64,000 nt of DNA from a virus (lineage: Duplodnaviria; Caudoviricetes), in IMG/VR virus record IMGVR_UViG_2518645587_000001, positions 422 through 64,421 of that record; one strand, 5' to 3'. Numbering within the stretch: the first letter of the stretch is position 1; every line of letters begins with the position of its first letter. A program made the translations under genes and the position numbers. Shown piece after piece: positions 15,873-25,303 of this stretch. A model generated the notes under the pieces. It did not search any database. It worked only from the letters and a program-made list of their open reading frames with translations, and was not told where the DNA came from.

Positions 15873-16273
15873 AGGCCGCCCTCAATCGCATCGCTGCGAT
15901 GCTCGGCTACGTCCCGGCGCCCGCCAAGCTCGCGCCGAGCGTCATCACGATGGAGCTCAAGTACGAGATCGACGGCGCACCGGTGGATGCCGCAATAGCC
16001 AAGCTTGATCAACTGGCCGACGCCGCGCGCGGCGCCGAGGCCGCGATCAACGACGCGCTGCTTGCGCAAGAGGGCGAGTTCATCAGCGCTGAGCTGGTGG
16101 CTGATGACACCCAGGCGCTGATCCTCGACGAGTTGCGGAAGCTGGCCACGCTGGCGGAAGTGCTGGCAAAGCAGGGCGACATCACCGTCGCCGCGCGCAG
16201 CACCGCATGCGCCGATCTCTGCTCGGTCATTCGCCCCGCCACTGGCGCTGCCGCATCCGGCTTACCTGGCTGA
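15869..16273 (+). CDS. Hypothetical protein
   Basis: ATGA-coupled to cro; 134 aa. Confidence 0.6.
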   Translation: MKAALNRIAAMLGYVPAPAKLAPSVITMELKYEIDGAPVDAAIAKLDQLADAARGAEAAINDALLAQEGEFISAELVADDTQALILDELRKLATLAEVLAKQGDITVAARSTACADLCSVIRPATGAAASGLPG

Positions 16274-16361
16274 CGGCGCTCACCACCCCGAATTTGTAAC
16301 GTCGCCGGCCCTAGACCTGCCGGTTTAAATCCTGAAGTCCGCATCACTATAGGAGCAACAC

Positions 16362-16652
16362 ATGAGCACCACCCAACGCAAGCCGGATCCCCGCTTGAAC
16401 GTCGTCAAGGTCTACCTCGGCGACGAGGAGCAGGCCACTTTGCAGAGCCACTGCGCTGCCGCAGATATCAGCATCAGCGGTTTCCTCCGCCAGGCTGGCA
16501 TGCGCATCGCGACGGCACACCAGCAGGTTACCCGCTTCCCGAGCCGCCAAGAAGGGGCTGGTGTAGGCCTGCGCCGGGCCTTCTCGTTCCCGGGTCAGGC
16601 CCAGGGCGTGCGCCGCGTGTCGCGCGGTGCGCTGCGCCCGATGCGCTCCTGA
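16362..16652 (+). CDS. Putative ribbon-helix-helix regulator at the CII-like position
   Basis: VVKVYLGDEEQATLQSHCAAADISISGFLRQA; AGGAG RBS. Confidence 0.6.
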   Translation: MSTTQRKPDPRLNVVKVYLGDEEQATLQSHCAAADISISGFLRQAGMRIATAHQQVTRFPSRQEGAGVGLRRAFSFPGQAQGVRRVSRGALRPMRS

Positions 16653-16699
16653 ATCGCAACCAAGTCCCGCACCCGCCGGGCGCAACCAAAGGAAGAGCC

Positions 16700-17476
16700 G
16701 TGAACCACCTCAAAATCGCTGATATACCGATTCGTACCGATGAAGCAGGACGCTTCTCGCTGAACGACCTGCATAAGGCCGCCGGCGGCGAAGCCCGCCA
16801 TAAGCCGCACGACTTCCTTCGAAGTCAGCAGACGCAAGCATTGGTGAGCGAGCTCGCAGGAGAGGAAAGCGATACGGGAATTCCCGCATCGGTCGTCAGC
16901 ATCAAGGGCGGTCTCAACCAAGGCACCTACGCCGGGAAGGAACTGGTATACGCCTATGCGATGTGGATCAGTGCCAAGTTCCACCTGCAGGTTATCCGCA
17001 CGTTCGACGCGGTGGCCAACGGCGCGCTGCCGGCACCAGCTGCAAAGGCCGTGCGCGCGGCGCCCGTGAAGTCGCCAGTGATGGTTGCGGCCGGCATGAT
17101 GCCCGCCCTGGTGCGCGCGCTGCGTTGCTGCGGCATCGACAAGAACGCTGCCGCCATCGGCGCCAACCAGATCGCCACGGCGCAGACCGGCGTGAACCTG
17201 CTCGCGCTGGCCGGCCAGCAGCATCTGCCGACGCCTGATCAAGAAATCTGCTTCACGCCCACCGAGTTGGGACATCGCCGCTGCATCAGCGCCAAGACGT
17301 TCAACCGCACCCTTGCCGACGCCGGCCTGCAAGAACGCGTCGGCGAGCACTGGGTTCCGACCGCGAAGGGCCGGCCGCACGCTGTCGTCCTCGACACCGG
17401 CAAGGCGCACGGCAACGGCACCCCGATCCAGCAGGTGAAGTGGAAAGATTCAGTGCTGGCGGAGGTGGCATTGTGA
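16700..17476 (+). CDS. KilA-N domain antirepressor-like protein
   Basis: GRFSLNDLHKAAGG...GTYAGKELVYAYAMWISAKFHLQVI; C-terminal FTPTELG...AKTFNRTL. Confidence 0.8.
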   Translation: MNHLKIADIPIRTDEAGRFSLNDLHKAAGGEARHKPHDFLRSQQTQALVSELAGEESDTGIPASVVSIKGGLNQGTYAGKELVYAYAMWISAKFHLQVIRTFDAVANGALPAPAAKAVRAAPVKSPVMVAAGMMPALVRALRCCGIDKNAAAIGANQIATAQTGVNLLALAGQQHLPTPDQEICFTPTELGHRRCISAKTFNRTLADAGLQERVGEHWVPTAKGRPHAVVLDTGKAHGNGTPIQQVKWKDSVLAEVAL

Positions 17477-18060
17477 ATAGCCCGTCGAATAATCAGCCGC
17501 GCCCAGCAGCGGTAGAGCAGGGCGCGCTGCCAGCGTTGCCCGAGTGGGCCTACCGCGACGACCTGGGCGGCCTGGTGCCGAGCGAGATCCGCACGGCGCT
17601 GAACGAGCACGCCCGCGCCGCCTGGAACATGGGGCTGGACACTGGCCTGCTGCACGCGCCTGCCGTCACCGACACCGACTTGCCCGAGCTGCGAGACCAC
17701 CTGGCCACGGCCAAGGTCATGGACCGCTCGATCACTCTGTCGCCGGCTGCCGCTGACGCGTTGTACCTGGCGGCGACCACGCCGCCCACCGAGGCTAAAT
17801 CTGTCACCACCGCGCCGCAGGTGGCCGGCTACATCGAGCCGCAGGAAATTCCGTGCATCGGCCAGTGCCGCACCACGCTGTGGGCCACGAAGCAAAGCCC
17901 GGGCGCGATGGCCGTGTACTTGCCAGCGCCGGCCGCGCCCGCCACAACCGACGTGTGCGCCGAAATGCGCGCGCTGTGCAGCAGCTGCGGCGGCACCGGC
18001 GACGTCACCCGAATTGATGGCGAGTGGCTGGGTTACTGCAATTGCGGGAGCGCCAAGTGA
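17473..18060 (+). CDS. Hypothetical protein
   Basis: GTGA-coupled; C-terminal CSSCGGTG...CNC. Confidence 0.55.
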   Translation: MNSPSNNQPRPAAVEQGALPALPEWAYRDDLGGLVPSEIRTALNEHARAAWNMGLDTGLLHAPAVTDTDLPELRDHLATAKVMDRSITLSPAAADALYLAATTPPTEAKSVTTAPQVAGYIEPQEIPCIGQCRTTLWATKQSPGAMAVYLPAPAAPATTDVCAEMRALCSSCGGTGDVTRIDGEWLGYCNCGSAK

Positions 18061-18239
18061 GCCACCAAGACGAAGACAAAGGCCGGGTGAAGCTGGCCGT
18101 GCTGGTGCGTGAAATGCGCGAGAACCTGGCCGCCCACATCGAGATAGCGCAACTCAGCGCGAAGATCGGCCGCGCCAAGTATCTGGCGCTCGTGGCCGAA
18201 GGCTTCACTGAGCAGCAGGCGCTGGAGCTGTGCAAATGA
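18057..18239 (+). CDS. Hypothetical protein
   Basis: GTG 18057; AKYLALVAEGFTEQQALELC. Confidence 0.6.
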   Translation: MSHQDEDKGRVKLAVLVREMRENLAAHIEIAQLSAKIGRAKYLALVAEGFTEQQALELCK

Positions 18240-18526
18240 GCGCCGACCTCAACGGTTTGAGCCGCAATGCGCTGTCCGCAGCAATGCGCGGCGGAACTGC
18301 CGGCTGGGGCGAGATCGGTTCGTCACATCGCCATGTGCGCTACAGCGAACCACTGCCGCAACGGCCAGGCCGCAAGAGGAAATGCTGGTGCGGCTGTGGC
18401 GGCCCGCGCACCCATACGGGCATGGCGAACGGCTGCGCGCTCACCTCGGCGTGCGAGTTGGGCATCGCGCGCTGGGTGCGCACTGGCGACGTGAAGCCTC
18501 GCCGCACTGCCGGGGCACCGCCATGA
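18236..18526 (+). CDS. Hypothetical protein
   Basis: ATGA-coupled; CWCGC motif. Confidence 0.55.
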   Translation: MSADLNGLSRNALSAAMRGGTAGWGEIGSSHRHVRYSEPLPQRPGRKRKCWCGCGGPRTHTGMANGCALTSACELGIARWVRTGDVKPRRTAGAPP

Positions 18527-18756
18527 CACCAGGCCCCGTGCCGCCCAGCGTGCGCGCGCTGCTGGAATACCTGATTACCGAACACCGATTGAAAAATTAC
18601 GCCGAATTGGCGAGGGAAATGGAAGAGACGTCATCGACCATCAGCCGCCTGCTGCGCAGAGGGCAGCGCCTCTCGGCAAAACAGATTTTGCGCATCCATG
18701 AGTACTACGGCATGGGCGTGCAGGAAATCCGCGAAAGATCAGGGCAGATCGACTAA
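18523..18756 (+). CDS. XRE-type HTH protein
   Basis: NYAELAREMEETSSTISRLLRRGQRLSAKQILRI. Confidence 0.7.
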   Translation: MTPGPVPPSVRALLEYLITEHRLKNYAELAREMEETSSTISRLLRRGQRLSAKQILRIHEYYGMGVQEIRERSGQID

Positions 18757-18851
18757 TCGCGGAAATAGAAAAGCCGGCGTGCAGGCCGGCTTCGTACAAC
18801 AAACTACTTTGGAGTAGCGATGATATCACACAAGCAAGCGAGGTCCGAATC

Positions 18852-19043
18852 GTGACGACCTCGATCAACTACACCGAGAGCAAAACCTTGGCGGCCGTCA
18901 AGGATTGGCGGACCACTGACAAGGCCAAGATCGGCGCCGCGCCGGCCGAGAAGAGCACCGCTGTCAAAAAACACCGCCACAGCGAGCAGAAGCTGCGCGA
19001 CTGCGCCGACCAGCTGCTGAAAGGTGAGGGTGGCCGGCCATGA
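18852..19043 (+). CDS. Hypothetical protein
   Basis: 63 aa, coupled downstream. Confidence 0.55.
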   Translation: MTTSINYTESKTLAAVKDWRTTDKAKIGAAPAEKSTAVKKHRHSEQKLRDCADQLLKGEGGRP

Positions 19044-19360
19044 CGCATAAACGCGCACCCCACCACGGCAGCCGCACCTTGCTGCTGCTCGCGGCATTGA
19101 AGCAAGGCCCCGCCACTTTTTACCAGCTGTGCGAACGCGCCAACATCGAGATCGAGAAGGCCGCAGATGAGCACGCCGTTCGCAATATGGTCAGCAACAT
19201 GATCGGCCGCAACGTCAGTTTTGACGGTCTGCTCTACCGCTTGACCGATGCATCTCGCGATCCGACCGCCGCCGGCCAGGTCGCTGGCCCTGCGTACCGC
19301 GGCACGCCGTACCACGCGCCGGTTCGCATCGTCCGCCGCGCTGCCGGAGCGCGAGCATGA
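19040..19360 (+). CDS. Hypothetical protein, possibly winged helix
   Basis: LLLAALKQGPATFYQL...; coupled. Confidence 0.55.
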   Translation: MTHKRAPHHGSRTLLLLAALKQGPATFYQLCERANIEIEKAADEHAVRNMVSNMIGRNVSFDGLLYRLTDASRDPTAAGQVAGPAYRGTPYHAPVRIVRRAAGARA

Positions 19361-21390
19361 GGCGCGACGACCCTCCCGAAGAAATCACTTACGGCTCCGT
19401 ATGCAGCGGCATCGAAGCCGCCACCGAGGCTTGGCACCCGATGGGCTGGCGCGCGGCATGGTTGGCCGAGATCGAGCCGTTCCCGGCCCGGGTGTTGCAT
19501 CACCACTACGGCGCCGGTCGCCCTGTCCACATGCCGGATCCCGACGAGCTCAGCGACGACCTCTCTCAGGAAGATCGCGACGCGAGGCGCGCCGCAATCA
19601 AGGCCGTAAGCATGTTGCCGGCTGTGGCCACCGGGCCACAGAACTTGGGCGATATGACGAAGATCGCCGCCATGGTGCGCGCTCGCGCGGTGGCTGCACC
19701 GGCGGCACTCGTCGGTGGCACGCCTTGCCAAGCCTTCTCAATTGCCGGCCTACGCGAATCGCTTGGCGACGCGCGCGGCCAGCTCACACTTTCTTTTGTG
19801 GATTTAGCCAATGCAATCGACGCAGCTCGACATGTTCTCGACCTCCCCGAGTGCATCATCATCTGGGAAAATGTCCCCGGAGTTCTCAGCACCAGCGACA
19901 ACGCTTTCGGCTGCTTTTTGGCAGCGCTTGCCGGCGAGGATAGCCCACTGCTCCCACCAGGGGGCAAATGGCCGAACGCTGGTTGTGTCTTTGGACCCCA
20001 AAGGCGTATTGCCTGGAGAGTCCTTGATGCCCAATATTTCGGAGTGGCCCAACGACGCCGTCGTGTGTTCGTTGTCGCAAGTGCTCGAGACGGGTTTGAT
20101 CCCGCAGCGGTACTTTTTGAGCAAGATGGCGTGCGTCGGGATTCTCCGCCGAGCCGCGAAGCGAAAGAAGACGCTGCCGGAACAGTTAGAGCGAGCGCTG
20201 GCCGCCGTGGCGGAGTCCAGGATGAATGCGGCTTAGGGCTTCAAGCCGTTGCCACGCCGTCCCTCGCCCGCTGTGTCACAGCGGGCGAGGGACGGCGGCA
20301 GGACTACGAGACGTGCACCATCGTTCCAGTGCTGTCTGCACCGATAGCTCGCAGCGTTGAGCGCCGGCGCGGCGATGGCCTCGACACGCTGATCACCGGC
20401 ACGCTGCTTGCGAACGATAAGGCAGCAGGAAGCGCCACGCAACAGGATGCCGAGGCCGGCATGTTGGTGCCGATCGCGTTCAGCATGAAGGACTACGGCG
20501 GCGACGCGAGCTTTGATCTGGCGTCGACGCTCCGGGCTGGAAATCACGCAACTAGCCACGCCAACGGCGGCCAGCCGCCAGCGATAGCGTTTGCCGCTGA
20601 CGACTACAAGAACGGCACATTCTCTGCCGTGGATGTCTCTGGCGCGTTGACCACATCCGCTGACCGCACAAGGGCTGCCCCGATTGTTTGCGAGGGCAAC
20701 ACGAATTCCAGCAGCACGCCCGGCCTGGGTGCAATGCATGCCCAAGATTTCTGCTACGCAATTCAGGCCGGCGCACTCCGTACGAACCCGAATAGTGGCC
20801 CCGATGGCGTAGGCGTTCAGGCTCACATCGCCTACACGCTTGAGGCGCGTGCCGAGGTGCAAGCCGTGTGCATCACCGGCGAGGTCACCCATACGCTCAA
20901 GGCCGAAGGCTTCGACGCCAGCGAGGATGGCTCTGGGCGAGGGCAGCCGATAGCGGCCGCACCGCTGCCTATTGGTCTAGACGAAGAACAGAATGCGATG
21001 GTCGACGCGTTTGGTTGCCTAAAGGCACGCAGCAAGGGTGGGGGATTTGAAGGCTCCGTCATGCAGTCGGACATGGCCGTTCGTCGCCTCACTCCGCGCG
21101 AGTGCGAGCGTCTGCAGTCTTTCCCTGACTTCCACACCCTCATCCCTATGAAGATCGTTACGGCCAGTCGCGCAGAAACGATGTTGGTGAAAGGCGATCC
21201 AGTCATGGAGATTGCCGGCGTCTGGTGGGCCTTGTCCGCTGACGGACCGCGCTACAAGGCATTGGGCAATTCCATGTGCGTGTTCAACATGCGCTGGATC
21301 GGGCGCCGCGTGCATTTCGCCCTGACAGGCGCGTGGCCGGCGTGCGCGAACTTCATGCATGAGCGTGAAGTGGGTTGGGTGGCTGCGTGA
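19357..21390 (+). CDS. Orphan C5-cytosine DNA methyltransferase with long variable region
   Basis: SVCSGIE (motif I), GGTPCQAFS (IV), WENVPG (VI), QRRRRVF (VIII), RRLTPRECERLQ (IX), RYKALGNS (X). Confidence 0.9.
   Translation: MRRDDPPEEITYGSVCSGIEAATEAWHPMGWRAAWLAEIEPFPARVLHHHYGAGRPVHMPDPDELSDDLSQEDRDARRAAIKAVSMLPAVATGPQNLGDMTKIAAMVRARAVAAPAALVGGTPCQAFSIAGLRESLGDARGQLTLSFVDLANAIDAARHVLDLPECIIIWENVPGVLSTSDNAFGCFLAALAGEDSPLLPPGGKWPNAGCVFGPQRRIAWRVLDAQYFGVAQRRRRVFVVASARDGFDPAAVLFEQDGVRRDSPPSREAKEDAAGTVRASAGRRGGVQDECGLGLQAVATPSLARCVTAGEGRRQDYETCTIVPVLSAPIARSVERRRGDGLDTLITGTLLANDKAAGSATQQDAEAGMLVPIAFSMKDYGGDASFDLASTLRAGNHATSHANGGQPPAIAFAADDYKNGTFSAVDVSGALTTSADRTRAAPIVCEGNTNSSSTPGLGAMHAQDFCYAIQAGALRTNPNSGPDGVGVQAHIAYTLEARAEVQAVCITGEVTHTLKAEGFDASEDGSGRGQPIAAAPLPIGLDEEQNAMVDAFGCLKARSKGGGFEGSVMQSDMAVRRLTPRECERLQSFPDFHTLIPMKIVTASRAETMLVKGDPVMEIAGVWWALSADGPRYKALGNSMCVFNMRWIGRRVHFALTGAWPACANFMHEREVGWVAA
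19811..20236 (+). CDS. Alternative-frame ORF nested in the C5 methyltransferase (EcoHK31I beta-like)
   Basis: 141 aa in the +1 frame; SLSQVLETGLIPQRYFLSKMACVGILRRAAKRKKTLPEQLERAL. Confidence 0.6.
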   Translation: MQSTQLDMFSTSPSASSSGKMSPEFSAPATTLSAAFWQRLPARIAHCSHQGANGRTLVVSLDPKGVLPGESLMPNISEWPNDAVVCSLSQVLETGLIPQRYFLSKMACVGILRRAAKRKKTLPEQLERALAAVAESRMNAA

Positions 21391-21398
21391 TGAGAGAG

Positions 21399-22022
21399 TC
21401 AGTCCAGCAGCAACTGCTCACCCGCCTTAAAGCAGATCTCCGAAAGTTCATGCAAGGAAGCGTCGATTGCGTTAAGCATCTTGATGGAGTCAAAAATTGC
21501 AATTGCTCTGTCCGCAGGAACTGTGGATTTCAGTACCACCAGCCTGATGTGGGCGGGAAAATTAAGTGTGAGCGCCCCAGTCGTAAGCAATCCAGCCGCA
21601 GCCTTTTCTTTCAACGGGATTATGGGAATAAGATCATCAGCCTCCCACAACTCAATGCTTTTGATTTTATGTATGCAGCGCTCAATTGCAACATCGCCAC
21701 TGGCGATATCAATTGCGTCGAGGAGATCTTTGGCGGCCAACCCGATTACCTCCCTAATATCTTGCAGCTTGTATGTCAGGGCGCTGGCGTGAATTCGTGC
21801 TCGAACAAGCGCCTCTCGCTCCAGCCGACGTGTCTGGGCGGTAGCAAGCCACACGGTCCCTATCAATGCGCCGACTGTGCCGACGGCACCGACCCACATA
21901 GCCCAGTCACCGCTACTCATTTGAGCGCGCAGCCCAGTCAATATCAATGCCGCTAAAAGAGATCCAGCCAGCATCGGGTACTTCACAACCCGCGTTTTGA
22001 AATATTTGAGTTCGATTGCCAT
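21399..22022 (-). CDS. Antisense moron, two N-terminal membrane helices plus helical domain
   Basis: Lower GC; LAGSLLAALILTGL and WAMWVGAVGTVGALIGTVWLA. Confidence 0.7.
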   Translation of the reverse strand: MAIELKYFKTRVVKYPMLAGSLLAALILTGLRAQMSSGDWAMWVGAVGTVGALIGTVWLATAQTRRLEREALVRARIHASALTYKLQDIREVIGLAAKDLLDAIDIASGDVAIERCIHKIKSIELWEADDLIPIIPLKEKAAAGLLTTGALTLNFPAHIRLVVLKSTVPADRAIAIFDSIKMLNAIDASLHELSEICFKAGEQLLLD

Positions 22023-22036
22023 AAAGGAATCTTAGC

Positions 22037-22474
22037 ATGATCTACGACCTCTCCCGCGAAGAGCGCCGCCACCGCGCTATCGCTAATGAAAAGCCCGCGC
22101 CGGTTCTCAAGGCGCAGCGCTGCGCTTGCGGCAAGGCCTCGCCGGCCAAGCAGCTCGCGCAGCACGGCAAGTGCGTCGCCTGCCTGTTCGCTGCGCGCGT
22201 CGCGACATTGCAAGACAACGACCTGGACATCCTGCACCACATGCTGGGAGCCACGCTGCATCACCCGAAAGCGCACTGGGGCTTCCGCAACCAATACCTG
22301 GCCAACCGCCGCGACCTGGCCGCACTTGCCCGCCTGGTCGCTGGCGGCTTCGTGCGCGCCGGCGCCGCGCTGCTGGACCTGCGCTACTTCCACGCTACCT
22401 GTGATGGCTGCAAGCTAGCAGGATTAAACGCAATGGCAGCACGTCGTGCGTTGGAGCCAGTTCGTGATCAATAA
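22037..22474 (+). CDS. Hypothetical protein
   Basis: 145 aa, RBS, CACGK...CVAC. Confidence 0.6.
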   Translation: MIYDLSREERRHRAIANEKPAPVLKAQRCACGKASPAKQLAQHGKCVACLFAARVATLQDNDLDILHHMLGATLHHPKAHWGFRNQYLANRRDLAALARLVAGGFVRAGAALLDLRYFHATCDGCKLAGLNAMAARRALEPVRDQ

Positions 22475-22508
22475 AACGTGGCCCATCATTAGCGGCATTA
22501 AATCGCGC

Positions 22509-23165
22509 TCAAGCTTCTGGGGGCAGCAGATTCCGTGCACGATCAACTCCCTCGGACACGCGTTCCATGGCATCTTCGCTGGCCAGCCGGAACTCTTCTA
22601 CCTGAGCAAACCATTCGTCAATGTCGTGATTATCCAAGGAGGGATTCTCGCGACCAAACTCGGTGAGGCGATGTGCCGCAGTAAGGCAATTCTGCACGCC
22701 AAGCACTCCTTTGATCATTTCCGCCGAGCGCAGCTCATGCAAGGGGATCAACTCAAGAGCCCTTTTCCCTCCTTCGAAATCGAGATAGTAGGACGATACG
22801 AGAAAATAACCCATGAGAGATCCTTCTTTGCTCATATTGGTCAGTGCTTCGTCGATTATTTCCTTGGCGTGCGCGACCACGGCAAAGGCGGAGAGAAGCC
22901 GCTCAACGTCCTGTTCAAGCCTTTCTGTTTTTGCGAGTGCTGCTGCACTCTGAGCTTGTCGATTTGCGAGCGCAAAGCCCGAAGCGATGGCGATTACAGA
23001 GCCAAGCGCTTGAACCCAACCAGCTGCCTCACTCGATGCCAATCCCTTTTTCGGATCGTCGATGACAAGCCGAAGCGCAAACAACATAGAAGCGAATATT
23101 CCCAACATAAAAACGATGATTGCAATGTTCGTCATCGTGCGGAACGCAGCTCTCAATTTGGACAT
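22509..23165 (-). CDS. Antisense moron, two N-terminal membrane helices plus helical domain
   Basis: IAIIVFMLGIFASMLFAL and AAGWVQALGSVIAIASGFALA; lower GC. Confidence 0.7.
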   Translation of the reverse strand: MSKLRAAFRTMTNIAIIVFMLGIFASMLFALRLVIDDPKKGLASSEAAGWVQALGSVIAIASGFALANRQAQSAAALAKTERLEQDVERLLSAFAVVAHAKEIIDEALTNMSKEGSLMGYFLVSSYYLDFEGGKRALELIPLHELRSAEMIKGVLGVQNCLTAAHRLTEFGRENPSLDNHDIDEWFAQVEEFRLASEDAMERVSEGVDRARNLLPPEA

Positions 23166-23197
23166 TTAGCTTTCCCGAGGAAAAGCGGGATCGTAGC

Positions 23198-23890
23198 ATG
23201 ATGCGCCGCTCCCCCATGAAGCCCGGCACAGCGCCGATGAAGCGCCAGGCATTCGCGCGCGGCGAGCGCATCGAAGCCCGCGAGCTGACGAAGACCATCA
23301 CCAAGACCGCCCGCGAGAAGAAGCACAAATGCGCGGTCCGTACCTGCCGCGCCGAGTTCGTCCGGCCGCAGCCGTTCGTCACCTGGTGCTCGCCCGACTG
23401 CGGCACGGTGGTGGCGCTGGCCAAGGTTGCTAAGCAGAAGGCGGCCACCGCCAAGGCCGAGCGCAAGGACCGCCAGGAGAAGCTGGCCAAGTTCAAGCGC
23501 AAGGCCGACCACGTGGCCGACTGCCAGAAGGCTTTCAACGCTTGGGTACGGTTCCGCGACCGCTTCGAGCCTTGCATCGATTGCGGCAAGCATGCCAGCG
23601 ACGACGCCCTGACCGGCGGAGCTTACGACGCTGGCCACTACCTGTCGCGCGGCAGCCACCCGCACCTGCGCTTCGACGAACGCAACGTGTTCAAGCAGCT
23701 CAAGGGCTGCAACCGGCCGGGCGGCACCACGGCGGCATCGTTTCGCGCCGGCGTCGTTGCGCGCATCGGCCTGGCCGCCGTCGAGGCGCTCGAAGCCGAC
23801 AACGAACCGCGCCACTACACGGTCGACGAACTGATCGCCTTGACTGCGCACTACCGCAAACTTTTAAAAGAACTGAAGGCTGCGGCCTGA
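23198..23890 (+). CDS. ninG: NinG (Rap)-family junction endonuclease
   Basis: CSPDCG, QKAFNAWVRFRD..PCIDCG, YDAGHYLSRG..PHLRFDERN. Confidence 0.85.
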   Translation: MMRRSPMKPGTAPMKRQAFARGERIEARELTKTITKTAREKKHKCAVRTCRAEFVRPQPFVTWCSPDCGTVVALAKVAKQKAATAKAERKDRQEKLAKFKRKADHVADCQKAFNAWVRFRDRFEPCIDCGKHASDDALTGGAYDAGHYLSRGSHPHLRFDERNVFKQLKGCNRPGGTTAASFRAGVVARIGLAAVEALEADNEPRHYTVDELIALTAHYRKLLKELKAAA

Positions 23891-23924
23891 CGGCCGTTGC
23901 TCGACCAACCAAAACGGAAACACC

Positions 23925-24158
23925 ATGAGCCCGGAACAAGCATACGAAGAAATTTGCAGACTGGCGCGTGAGCACGCGCTGATTCTGTCTGCCGCCGGCG
24001 GCGTCACGACCATCGTCCACCCAGCAACTCAGCGCCGCGAGGGCCTGTTCGAACAGATCCAGCACATGCATGGCCTGGGTGCGCACCCCGACACGCTTGC
24101 GCGCGAGCGCGAAGCCGCGTTCAAAGCGCGCCAACTTCCGCTGCTGGGGGATGCATGA
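23925..24158 (+). CDS. Hypothetical protein
   Basis: 77 aa, coupled downstream. Confidence 0.55.
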   Translation: MSPEQAYEEICRLAREHALILSAAGGVTTIVHPATQRREGLFEQIQHMHGLGAHPDTLAREREAAFKARQLPLLGDA

Positions 24159-25303
24159 CGATCAAGATACTTATCGGCGACGTGCGCGAACAGCTGCGCA
24201 CGCTGGCCGCCGACAGCATTCACTGCTGCGTCACGTCCCCGCCTTACTGGGGGCTGCGCGACTACGGCGTCGAGGGCCAGATCGGCCTGGAGGCGAGCCC
24301 GGCGGAATTCATCGCCGTGATGGTCGACGTCTTCGAAGAGGTGCGCCGCGTACTGCGCCCCGATGGCACCTGCTGGATCAACATGGGCGACAGCTACGCA
24401 ACGGGCGCTGGCCGGGTGGGTAATCACCCTGGTGGTGGAGCGCAGGGTGAGGCCTGGCGTGGCTCGCGAGGCGGACACGAGGGCAAGCAAGCATACAGCG
24501 TCGGCGCGCGCGGTACTGGGCAACTCACCCAGCCCAACCGCATGCCGCAGCCAGGCCTCAAGGCCAAGGATCTTGTAATGATGCCGCACCGCCTGGCCAT
24601 CGCACTGCAGGACGCCGGCTGGTGGGTGCGCCAGGACATCGTATGGAGCAAACCCAACCCAATGCCGGAGTCGGTGCGTGACCGCTGCACGAAGTCGCAC
24701 GAGTACATCTTCTTACTCACCAAAAGCGAGAAGTATTTTTACGACGCCGAAGCTATCAAGGAACCTGCGGTGAGCGCCGCCGACCACCCGCGCAACAGCT
24801 TCGCCACGAAGGATTACGACGTGCCTGGACAGAAGCCCCAGAAACGCGTCGCGCGCGGCGTCGGCTTCGGGCATGGTACGGACGCCGAAACGCGCCAACG
24901 CGGCCGCGTTGAGGCGTCGTGCAGCAAGGACGAAGGTCGTGATGAGCAGGGCCTGCGCACGGCGTCTCGGATGGGCGGCGGCGCCGGCTTCCGTAGTGAC
25001 CGTGCCTCACGTCCGGACATGCGCAATAAGCGCAGCGTCTGGACCATGGCCACGCATTCGTTCGCCGAGGCGCACTTCGCCACGTTCCCGCCAGAGTTAC
25101 CCGAGAACTGCATCAATGCTGGCTGCCCAGTGGGCGGCGTCGTGTTGGATCCGTTCTTCGGCGCCGGCACCACCGGCCTGGTGGCTGACCGTCTCCAGCG
25201 CGATTGCATCGGCATCGAATTGAATCCCGCTTATGCCGAGATCGCGCGCAAGCGCATCCAAGGCGAATCTACACTTTTTGCTGAAATCGAGGTAGCCGCA
25301 TGA
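24155..25303 (+). CDS. Orphan beta-class amino-methyltransferase (probably N4-cytosine)
   Basis: VTSPPY (motif IV) precedes VLDPFFGAGTT (motif I); HFATFP. Confidence 0.9.
   Translation: MTIKILIGDVREQLRTLAADSIHCCVTSPPYWGLRDYGVEGQIGLEASPAEFIAVMVDVFEEVRRVLRPDGTCWINMGDSYATGAGRVGNHPGGGAQGEAWRGSRGGHEGKQAYSVGARGTGQLTQPNRMPQPGLKAKDLVMMPHRLAIALQDAGWWVRQDIVWSKPNPMPESVRDRCTKSHEYIFLLTKSEKYFYDAEAIKEPAVSAADHPRNSFATKDYDVPGQKPQKRVARGVGFGHGTDAETRQRGRVEASCSKDEGRDEQGLRTASRMGGGAGFRSDRASRPDMRNKRSVWTMATHSFAEAHFATFPPELPENCINAGCPVGGVVLDPFFGAGTTGLVADRLQRDCIGIELNPAYAEIARKRIQGESTLFAEIEVAA

Noticed and set aside
21375-23201. Plus-strand ORFs 21375-21956 and 22446-23201
   Set aside because: Antisense to the two 2-TM morons, which have promoters and sensible topology
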